Of a stretch of 35,077 nucleotides of DNA, positions 11,601 through 21,178 are shown one piece after another; positions within the stretch are counted from its first letter, which is position 1, and each line of letters opens with the position of its first letter. The stretch is from Utricularia gibba (lineage: Eukaryota; Plantae; Magnoliophyta). The notes below the pieces were generated by a model. That model had not been told where the DNA came from, did not search any database, and saw only the letters and a program-made list of their open reading frames with translations. Made by a program: the position numbers and the translations under genes. The stretch covers positions 1-35,077 of the forward strand of contig NEEC01000100.1 in the NCBI GenBank assembly GCA_002189035.1, read 5' to 3'.

Positions 11601-14600
11601 TCTGTCGTTGACACCGAGTGTCCTCTTAAATCTGTTGAGTTTGAGGCTCGATCATTTGAGTTTGTGATTTGATCTTCTAGGGTTGCTTGGACCCTTAACA
11701 TATTTGTTCCTGAGGCTGTCATTTCTTGTTGAATAGAGTCTTGACTAGGACTGTTCCTCGCTGGGTGGATGCTGAGGGGTTCGGTTGTTGCATCATGTCC
11801 TTGTTGAGGGAATAAATTCCATATATTTTCTGAATAAGAATGATTTTTGTCATGTGTTGTCGAGGAACTCCAGTTGTAAATTCTAGTCTCGTCTACTGTT
11901 ACATCACGACTGAGTTCCACCTCATTTGTTCTTAGATTCAGTACCCTGTAGGCTTTACTTGTATTGCTATATCCCAGGAAAATTCCTTCATCAGATCTTT
12001 TGTCCCATTTTGATCTCTTCTCCTTTGGAATGTATATATAGCAGGGTGATCCAAATACCTTCATGTGATCTAGGCTTGGAATTTTGTTGTACCATAGCTC
12101 ATAAGGAGTTTTACAGTCTTTATTTCCTTTGGTTGGCAGGCGGTTCAACAGATACACGGCTGTGTTGACTGCTTCGCCCCAGAATTCTAGAGGTAAGTGT
12201 TTTTGATAGAGTAGACACCGAGCCATATTGACTATTGTCCTGTTCTTTCGTTCACATATGCCGTTCTGCTCTGGCGTATATGGCGTTGTAAACTGGTGAG
12301 TAATACCATTTGTCTCACAAATGTGTCTCAGTTCAGTTGATTTGTACTCACCTCCGTTGTCTGACCGGAGTGTTAGAATCTTACTATTGCTTTGAGTTTC
12401 TGCAAGGACCTTGAAGACTTGGAAGTGGTGCAAAACCTCTGATTTATGCTTCAGGAGATAGATCCAGGTATACTTTGAATATTCGTCAATAAAGATCACG
12501 TAATATTTGTTGCCGGCTCGAGTAGGAGAGGCCATGGGCCCACAGACGTCACTGGTAACAACTTCCAATTTTTTCTGAGAATGAATGCTGGACTTAGGGA
12601 GTGGTGTTCGGCTCATCTTCCCTTGAAAGCATATTCTGCAGTGTTTTTCCTCAGGAATTATATTAGGAATCCCCTCTGCCAGGTTTCTCTTCTTCATGGA
12701 TATAAGGGAGGCATAGTGATGGTGACCTAACCGTTGGTGCCAAATCTCAGATGATTCTAGGGACTTGAGGCAAATGTTGTAATCGATGGATGTAGCATTC
12801 GGAAGCAGTGGAAAGACCCTATCAGTCATAGCAACCGTAAGGAGTATATTATCTTCTTCATCTAATATTTTGCACTCATTACTTTCCAGATGAACTTTCA
12901 TCCCCTTTTCAACCAGCTGGCCAGTGCTTAGTAGATTGTGGTAGGCCTGGGGCACCAGATACACGTCTGTGATCTTGATTAATTTCTGGACAGTTTCAAG
13001 GCAAACTGTTCCTTGACCGATGACCTGTAAGTGATTTCCATCAGCAATTTCGATTACTTTCCCAGTTAGCTCGATGAAGGTTGTGAATAGACTCTTGTCG
13101 TTGGTTATATGATGACTGCATCCGCTATCGATAAACCAGATGTCTTGTTTCCTTAGATCCACAAATGATGTGATTAGAGTTTTGCGGCGCAGAGAGTAAA
13201 TATCAATCTTCTTCTTATTCATTTCAGCTGCGAGATTTACATCATTCATAGCGCTAGTAAGTTTGTCCTTAGGATCTGCAGCCTTTCCTCCAATCTGATG
13301 GTATTTTTTCAGGGGACACACTTTGTCCACATGACCTTGGAGAGAACAGTACAGGCATTTGGCGTCAGGGCTCCAGAAACATTGTGTTGGTGAATGGCCT
13401 TTTCGCTTGCAGAATGGGCATGAATCTCCAGTACTTGGTTTCTCAATTTTTGCTTGAAAGATCACCGGTTCATTTGATGATTGAGAACCATAGCCTTTCT
13501 GATTTTCTGTTGCCTTGAAGGCAAGTTCCTGGCCTTCACCAAGTCCGACTTCAACTTCGGATTCACTGAGTCTTTCTAGTAGTTTTCTGGAGGATATGGA
13601 GTGAATGCCTGTGACCCGCAAAGTAGTGACTACAGGGGCAAAGGACCGCGGTAGGGAACTGAGTATTTTTGATTTAATTCTTCTGTCTTCCAAGGGCTCT
13701 CCCAAGGTCTGTAACTCAGTGACAATTTTGATTAGCGTTTCTGAAAAATGAGAGATACTCATACCTGGTAAGAATTTCAGGTTGTCAAAGAGCTCCCATT
13801 GACGTTGAATGCGGCTCTCACGGGCTTCCGTATCCTCTCCGTAGAATTCCTCCAATTTTTTCCAGATGTCTTTGGGACTTTTCAGTAGCATAACACGGTT
13901 GAACACTTCTTCAGATAAGGCTTGATCCAGAGCATACTTAGCTTTCTTTACTTGAGCATCTGTGAGTTTGAGACTTTCTGCTGTGGCTATTTCAGAGGAG
14001 TCTGGACGTACAGGATCCACCACAGACCATAAGTCGTTCATTTGCAGGTAACTTTCCATTCGTACTGCCCAAGAAGCGTAGCGCTGACCAGTGAAGATTG
14101 GAGGAGCTTGTTGGAGGGCTGCCATTCTGAGAGACTGCAATGATAAGAGGAGATGGGAGTCGGTGAAGTATCTTCACGTCGGGTTCACCATAAAAGTATT
14201 TTTGGCTGCTTGATTTTGTTGGAGACTTGGTTGAACGTTGAGAGAATGTTGAAGTTTGTGGATATTGACTATTGTTTTTGGATCGAAAAGAACTTTCCTT
14301 TTTTTTCATAAAGCAAACAGGGATTTATATAGATGAGGAGAGTTGCCCGTTGGATCATATCAGGCCTAAAATATGACCGTTGCCTTTAGTCTGTAGATTA
14401 GTCCTCTTGTTCATCTACTGTGTAGCAGCCAGAATTTACTAGGACTTCTTTCATGGACTGGGCTTCAGATGCTTCTTCTTGGGCCAGTAGTTTGGAATGT
14501 TGAGGCCCAAGTATGATAAGGCCTTTTTCCCAATCTAATTGAGGGTTGCTTCTCATGGGAGGAACAGAGGTCGCGCGCCATTCATCTTCGCGGGTTGAGA

Positions 14601-17010
14601 CTTCCCGGATCTTCGTTGCTCCACCACTTGCTGACACATACCACCCCACCAAACTATCTCCGGTAGACGATGAGGTGAAACAAATACTTACATGGGGATG
14701 ATATAGCAGCTTGGAATTGCTCAACACTCGAAACAGATTCCACTTCCCCGCCAAATTTCAGGTTTGATACATCTTCACCGAGGGATTTCTTCAACGCTAC
14801 TTGCACATGAAACAGGGATTCGGCAATATCATTGTCATTTGGCATTTCTTTTCTCAATGCCTCATAGTCCCTAACAGCCTCCTTCCATCGCTCCAGCTAT
14901 CCACAATCACCAAGTTCTGATTAGAAGTTGGGCATTACAAAATTTTAAACAAGGCATCAACCAACCTACCTTAGAATATGCAGCTGCCCTGCGCATTAAG
15001 GCCTTGGTGTAATGGGGTCGAACACGAAGTGCCTGGTTGCAATCATCTACACATCGTTCCCATTGCCCAAGCATAAACCAGCAGGCTGCTCTGTTGCAGT
15101 AGAGAACCGAATTCGTGGGATCCATCCGGAGACCTTCAGTATAGGCTGAACAAGCCTCTGTGAACCTGCCTGACTTGAATAAGTCGTTGCCATGAGTACG
15201 CGCTCGAGTCACTATCTTCACATTGTTGAGCATCGTTGAGATTTCAGAATTATTAGGGTCCCTTTTTCCAGCCTTCTCAATGTCCATAAGTGCATCATCA
15301 AACCTGCAAATGTTCATCATTCAATGGGTAGGCTTCAAAAACTCCCCCGCTCGAGGAACTGCTTTTATTTTCTTACTCACCTTCCTCTAGCTAGCTCAAT
15401 CTCGCTTTTAACGAAGAAAATATAAGCCTCTGAAAGCATCCCAAATATTGTCGACTGCATGCTTCCAGAGGTTCCACTGACATCCACATTAGAAAAAGCC
15501 GAAACAGCATCATCCAATTGATGGAGCTTCAGCAAGGCCTCAACTCTACATGCCCAAAACTGCACTAGCAACAAGTCGTATCATGAGAAACGAACTGCAT
15601 CAGGCGAAAAAATTTCGCTATAAACTCCTGGAGACCTGAGGCGAGACTTCAACTCCGCATGCAATGGCAGCATCTATCTCTTTCAAGGCGCTTCTCCAAT
15701 CGCCAGCTCCACGAGCATCACCGCACATGCTAAGATGCTTTTCCACAGATTGAAGTTTATGCAAGAGCGTTGAATCCTGTTGTATTCCAGGAAAAAAAAT
15801 GTGCTTCCTGGCATTTTCAATCTGCCCCAGGCTGCAATTCTTGAAATTACTACGCAAGTATATAAACAGAGAATATCAATGCAGAAAAAGGAATTCCAAT
15901 AATTCACGATTGCCTATAACCCCAAGCGCCTGGGGCAACGATAATGAGAAACCAACAAGCAGATCAGAATCACTATATTCTAAAGCACGAAACGTTAGAA
16001 CACGCGAAAGCTTACCGCCGTAGGGAGCTAACAAACAAAGGATAATTACATCACTAAAGATTCGGCCTTTTTATTGTAAAATGCGAACCAACCGGCAAAG
16101 CTTACCTAAGAAATAGAGATCCAAGACGATGGCGGGCCCTCGCGTATCCAGGATCCAACTTAACAGCCATTTGACACTCTACCGCCGCCTCAGAAAGACG
16201 CTTCAAACCTATTAGAGCAGCGGAACGGTTGAACCGATATGCAGGGTTACTGGGCGACATAGCAATGGCCTTGTCATAGAAGGTCAAAGCTTCCGCAAAG
16301 TTACCCCTTTTATGATTCTCGTTACCCATTCTTCTAAACTCCTCCGGATCACTGTTACTGCTACACGCAGTTTTCTTCACCGGATCCGCACCAACCAATA
16401 GCCTTTTAGAGTAACTTAGGGGTCGGCATTCCTTACTGGGTTTCGGTGAAACACATCCCCGCAATACGCTGCCGTTGCCGTAGTTTGACGAACCAGAACC
16501 CAAGACGTCGGGTCTGCTTGATCTGTTCGTGATGCCGGATTTCAAAATCCTGCCAGAGGGGCAAATGTTTCCAGCGGGAAGCACATTGACGGCTGGGGAC
16601 GTGACGGAGCCAGAACCGAAGGAGATAGGCGAGCGGAACACTGCAGACTCCGAGCGGCTATGGACGTGCCTGATTACTCGGGCCGGGGAAGGCGAACTTT
16701 CGACCGAAAGCTCGCCGGAATGGCTGTTGGGATTTGAATCAGATTTTCTTGGCAGATCCAAATTGGTACCCGTTGAAACCCGGTCTGGGAAGGATCCGGA
16801 GGAACTAGAGCTGCTACTCGTTGTAGTGGTGGTGCTAGTGAGCCCACGACCAAGTCCTGTCCGAAGCGGCGAAATAGGCGAGCCCAGATGGATTTCTCTA
16901 AAATCTCGCTTATTCTGGGTCTGGTCTTCCTGACGCACTAATTTGCTTCTCAACGAATCTGAAAGTGAGTTCAAGTCCGAACCCAACCGAGGGTTGGGTT
17001 TACTCGCCAT
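8661..17010 (-). CDS. TTL1: Tetratricopeptide-repeat thioredoxin-like protein; exons 17010-16106, 15831-15636, 15559-15381, 15303-14970, 14896-14692, 9007-8901, 8816-8661
   Basis: Ser-rich disordered N-terminus ([31 protein letters not shown]), TPR motifs ([28 protein letters not shown]) and a C-terminal thioredoxin-like domain ([14 protein letters not shown]). GT-AG junctions keep frame. Paralog number is tentative (TTL1/TTL2 clade by recalled synteny). Confidence 0.9.
8862..8881. repeat. (CA)10 microsatellite in the last TTL intron
   Basis: Direct reading. Confidence 0.9.
9064..9068. repeat. Element B target-site duplication, left copy (CATAC)
   Basis: Identical to 14637-14641. Confidence 0.95.
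9069..9514 (-). repeat. Element B 3' LTR (446 bp)
   Basis: No difference from 14191-14636 on manual comparison; reads TGTCAGC...ACTTTTA on the minus strand. Confidence 0.97.
9276..14125 (-). CDS. Element B gag-pol polyprotein, about 1616 aa if one base is restored at ~9890
   Basis: The first true ATG is at 14125 (the ORF-track start at 14140 is TTG). The 1435-aa and 217-aa ORFs are joined by one missing G in ...QSS(A)EAEY. The stop lies inside the 3' LTR. Confidence 0.92.
9515..9523 (-). other. Element B polypurine tract (AGGGAGGAA)
   Basis: Purine run directly abutting the TG of the 3' LTR. Confidence 0.85.
14173..14190 (-). other. Element B primer-binding site, 18 nt, complementary to the 3' end of cytosolic tRNA-Trp
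   Basis: Minus strand TGGTGAACCCGACGTGAA abuts the LTR. The plus strand TTCACGTCGGGTTCACCA matches the plant tRNA-Trp(CCA) 3' end as recalled, and has T-stem + acceptor strand + discriminator + CCA geometry. Confidence 0.85.
14191..14636 (-). repeat. Element B 5' LTR (446 bp)
   Basis: Identical to 9069-9514 on manual comparison. Confidence 0.97.
14323..14332 (-). promoter_or_regulatory. Putative TATA box of element B 5' LTR (CTATATAAAT; second copy at 9201-9210)
   Basis: Matches the plant TATA consensus in element orientation, about 130 nt from the LTR end. Confidence 0.65.
14637..14641. repeat. Element B target-site duplication, right copy (CATAC)
   Basis: Identical to 9064-9068. Confidence 0.95.
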
Positions 17011-17965
17011 TCTCACACGCTATACGGCTTCAATCTTCTCTTCTCTGTCCACAGCCTGAACTCCGCCGTTTGGCAATGCGAGTGGACCAATGTGGAAAGA
17101 ACGGTGAGAAGAAGAATAAAGAAGCAGAAGTCACTGCGTCACGAGGCAGCTTTCAGAGCTGTTCTTCTTTCTTCTCTCCACAAATTATTGCTGTTCTTTT
17201 TCCTCGGGGTTGTTTACACATCGGCTTTGCATGTTTTCCTCTAAACAGGCACGCCACTGGGCTCTGGTGTCAAAGATGCAAAAAATGAATTAAGCCACCT
17301 CTTGGGAGGTGTTGATTTGGAGCCAAAGTCCACTGGCAAAAGAAGGCGAAGAAAGGGAAGGAGCGCTGTCCAATTTGTTTTAGCAGCATCGCATATTATT
17401 AATGACGGACGGAGGGGGCTGGCCGTAGATGATAGCTCTCCTAATGAAAATGAAGGTGGTGCTGTGCCGGTGCATAATAATGAATTATGCGCACAATAAA
17501 AGGAGAATCCCGCCCAGGGAGTCAAGTCGGTCACGCCAGCCCACGATGCCATACGATTAATCAGAGAAACATTTCGTAAGAAAGAAATGTGTGAGCAATT
17601 TGCTTGCACGCCGAATCGACCCGCTCACATGCCCTCGCGTCCTTGGATTGTACAATAAGCAGGGGGCAGCCGCAATTGTAGCTTGGGCCCAGGCCTAGCC
17701 AGTCGTCCTTGATAGCCAGCCCATTCTCTTCCTCACCAGGAATCTTGCGTCCCTCCCGCCCCCAGCCCAGCACATCTTCTTCACTTTAGGGATGAGGTTG
17801 CTCCACTGCTACCTGCTTTCAGTTCCCGCCTCTGCTCCTGGTATTTTTTTTTTTTTTTCATCTTCACTTGAGTGCTGGTTTTTCATCATTATAATTCCCA
17901 TGAATTGTATTAGGTTTGGTGCAACTCTATGTTTACAGCTTTGTTTGAAATGTGGACGTGCAGTG

Positions 17966-20489
17966 ATGATAAGTGGACTAAGATTTGCGCCACTTCGTAC
18001 GGTTACCCCGTTCCACGCGGTTCGCCGATACACCTGCGAGTGCAGAGGCTTTCCCACCTCCTATTCGGCCCTGCAAGATGGGCGGCAGAAGGTTGTGGTG
18101 ATATCTGGACCCACAGGGGCAGGAAAGAGCAGGCTTGCGTTGGAAATTGCAAAAAGACTCAACGGAGAAATTGTTAGCGCTGACTCCGTTCAGGTTTTTG
18201 TACCTTCAGAAATCGTGGAACGCCGTTGGTTCAGGTACTCATTTTGTTTTCTTTTTGGCTATTCCGTTGTGTTCCAGGTATACAGAGGTCTGGATGTCGG
18301 GTCAGCAAAACCATCTTCAAGCGAAAGAAAGGTTCTATATGTGCATTTTCTGAATTGAATTCTAGTGATATGCAGCAGTTGGAATTTAGCGCTCGACGCT
18401 CTTTGTTTTCCTTATCCACCGTTTTTTTTTTCAGGAAATACCGCATCATTTGATTGATATACGGCATCCTGCTGAAGGTGATCGCCATGAAATGTCGGTT
18501 GATAACGTGCTCGAATTTATTTTCTCTACTTTTTTATTGTCACTTCCTAATGCGGTTCATTGGGTGGACGGAAACATAAAAAAAATGTGGTTTTCAGAGT
18601 ACTCTGCTGGTGATTTCTTTGTGGATGCAAGACGGGTAACGGATGAAATACTCGGTAGAGGGCGTGTTCCAGTTATCACCGGTGGAACAGGGCTATACCT
18701 GAGATGGTATGCTTGCTTGTGCCACGGCTTGTCTCATTACACTAGAAGTTGCTTGGTTAAATGAGTTTATATGGAATTGCAAAGTACAATAGCTGAAGTC
18801 TTTCAATCTTCGCTGCCGTGAAAGGTTCATTTACGGGAAGCCTGATGTCCCGAAATCATGTTCTGAGACAATTCTGGAAGTTAACTCGGAGCTGTCTGAT
18901 TTACAAAGAATTGGAGACTGGGACACTGCTGTGCAATTACTTGTTGAAGCTGGTGATCCTGGTGTTCAATCATTGGCTGTCAATGATTGGTACAGACTGC
19001 GCCGCAGACTTGAAATTCTCAAGGTGTGAGTTCAACAATAATTTTATAGTTATTTGGCTACATTTTGTATTCCCCAAGATTACTTGGTTGTGTGCCTCAC
19101 AGTTCTGTTCCATGATCAGTGCCGTATTATTTTATGTAGCTCCGTATACCAACGCAATGATGTGTTAAATTAATATTTGTACCAATTCAGTCTAGTGGTA
19201 TGCCTCCGTCAGCATTCAAGGTACCCTACAATGCTTTCAAGGGGAACCTTGAGTCAGGGGAAGAAGATGCTATTTGCCCCAACTTGGCATTTGGAGAGAA
19301 TCAAGAAAGCCGGTCTAGCAGTTTAAAGTATGAATTTGTTTGTTTTTTTCTCACCACTCAAAGGCTTGAGCTCTATAGATCAATTGACTTGCGGTGTGAA
19401 GACATGCTTTTAGGTGATGCGAATTATGTCGGTGTACCGTTCCTTTGTTTTTGTCTGATGTTGTCAAGTCACCATTCTTCAAGATGTAAATGCTAAACTT
19501 TGAGTTTTCTAATTGTAGATGCCGGACTTCTGTCCGAAGCAAAATGGCTGCTTGATTTGGGTCTGTCTCCAAACTCAAACTCCGCAACACGAGCTATCGG
19601 TTACAGACAAGTATGTTATCGGTTGCATGCTTGCTTAGAACATAATCTTATCTTTTGAGATGGAGCACTGTGACCAGTGAAGGAAAAGTTGAGCCCATGG
19701 CCCCTTTCTTCATTTTTTGTAGGCAATGGATTTCCTACTTATGTCAAAAGAACAAGGATGCTGCAGTTTGTACAGAGAGTTCTTTAGTTTTCTAAGAGAC
19801 TTTCAAAAACATCTAGGTAATTTGATTCTACTTCCTTGTCCTCGCCAAGTGTTCAGTTTGAATCCCCGTGGTCGGTTGAATGATTTAACAGTTCGCTATG
19901 CCCTTGAATGCTTTTGACAGGAACTTCGCCAAAAGGCAGTTGACGTGGTTCCGGAGCGAGCCAACTTATCAATGGATCGATGCCTCCAAACCCTTGGTAT
20001 GTTGTCTGCTGGATTTTATGATAGCCTGTGGATTTCTGTTCTGGTGAAGTCACTGGACCCGAGGACCATAACCAAAAATAGGGGGGGCATTTTCAAGTGT
20101 TGACACCTCAACATCATTAAGCTCCAGATGCTTCTGCTGGAGCTTCATAAACTTTCATTGATCACAGGAAATGATCAGCAGCTTCATTTGCGATGCGTAT
20201 AACTATAGCGGTGAAACTGGGAGACTTAGAGTACCCGAGCGGCTGGAGATGAAGAAGGATATGGCGGATCAGAGGGAAATCCGTCAGCTAAAATCTTACC
20301 GCCCTAAAAACAGGTTATATTTTTGTCACTTTGGTGTCATTCAACCTTCTATGCTGTTGTTTTTGTTCTCCGACTCCACTGAGGTTGGTTGTTGTATTCT
20401 GAAGGTATTTTATATCAAAAGAAGATTGTGATCCCGTTATCGAGTGGGTGCGCGCGACGCTGGGAGAAACTACCGCCGTCTCCATCTGA
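17966..20489 (+). CDS. IPT9: tRNA dimethylallyl (isopentenyl) transferase 9, multi-exon
   Basis: [91 protein letters not shown]. Last exon ends ...WVRATLGETTAVSI*. Confidence 0.93.
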
Positions 20490-21178
20490 TAATAATGTAA
20501 AATGGTGCTTTTTGCGCCAGTAGGACAAGACGTGGTTCTTTTCTAGATCCTTTATTTCAGGCACATCCTGTGTTTTGCATTCACTTTTACCCCCGCCTCC
20601 CTATGATTCGCACTCTAATCTTGCGGCGCACACCCGCACCAGCGCCTCCCAACAACAGAGCAAACACAACAGAAAAAAAAGCCACCAAGTTCATGGCCTT
20701 GTATACAAGAGAATAAATAGTCCCAAATGGGAACATAAACGATGCCTTCCCACGCTGAATTCTGAAGTCTGTCCATCATGAGCTTACAGTTGGAGCGAAC
20801 ATCCCCCAGTTGTAGAATGCTATCAGTGGTACCTATCAGTTTTTTCTCCCTGCTTTTTTTGGTTTCCGGCGCGGCTCAGTCGCTCTAGAAGGGGACGAAG
20901 CTCAGCTTGAAGCGACTTGATTTTCTCCAGATGTGACATTTCCTCTCTCCACTTTCTAAAATGCTGCATGCAGAAAAAAACACTCGCATACAACGCGCTT
21001 CAATAGAGTCGACCAGCTTGTGTCATTCTATGTACCAAACGTCAAAGGCAACCTGAGGAGTGTGGCGAATGGTTAGCAGCAATATTAATCATTCTCCACC
21101 TCACTAGTGGCCCCAAACAATAAACATGCTGAAAGCACTGGCTATGGGTTCGTAGGATGAAGTCATAATTACCCTGCT

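Larger units (their letters stand above)
9069..14636 (-). mobile_element. Element B: full-length, very young Ty1/copia LTR retrotransposon, 5568 bp, probably Ivana/Oryco lineage, non-canonical TG...TA ends
   Basis: Identical 446-bp LTRs, perfect 5-bp TSD, PBS and PPT. Gag with two CCHC knuckles, [42 protein letters not shown], RNase [10 protein letters not shown]...DNKSAI...KHIKLKYH. Confidence 0.97.

Noticed and set aside
13992-14309. 105-aa ORF spanning the LTR, PBS and gag start
   Set aside because: Alternative frame over low-complexity LTR sequence with no recognisable domain.
14398-14754. 118-aa ORF as an independent gene
   Set aside because: It is an off-frame reading of TTL exon 5 and intron sequence running into the U3 frame of the 5' LTR; covered by the U3 ORF finding.
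16529-16933. Antisense ORFs over TTL exon 1, DUF3082 exon 1, YCF45-like exon 1 and both gag-pol regions
   Set aside because: Shadow ORFs expected opposite GC-richer coding sequence; no independent support.
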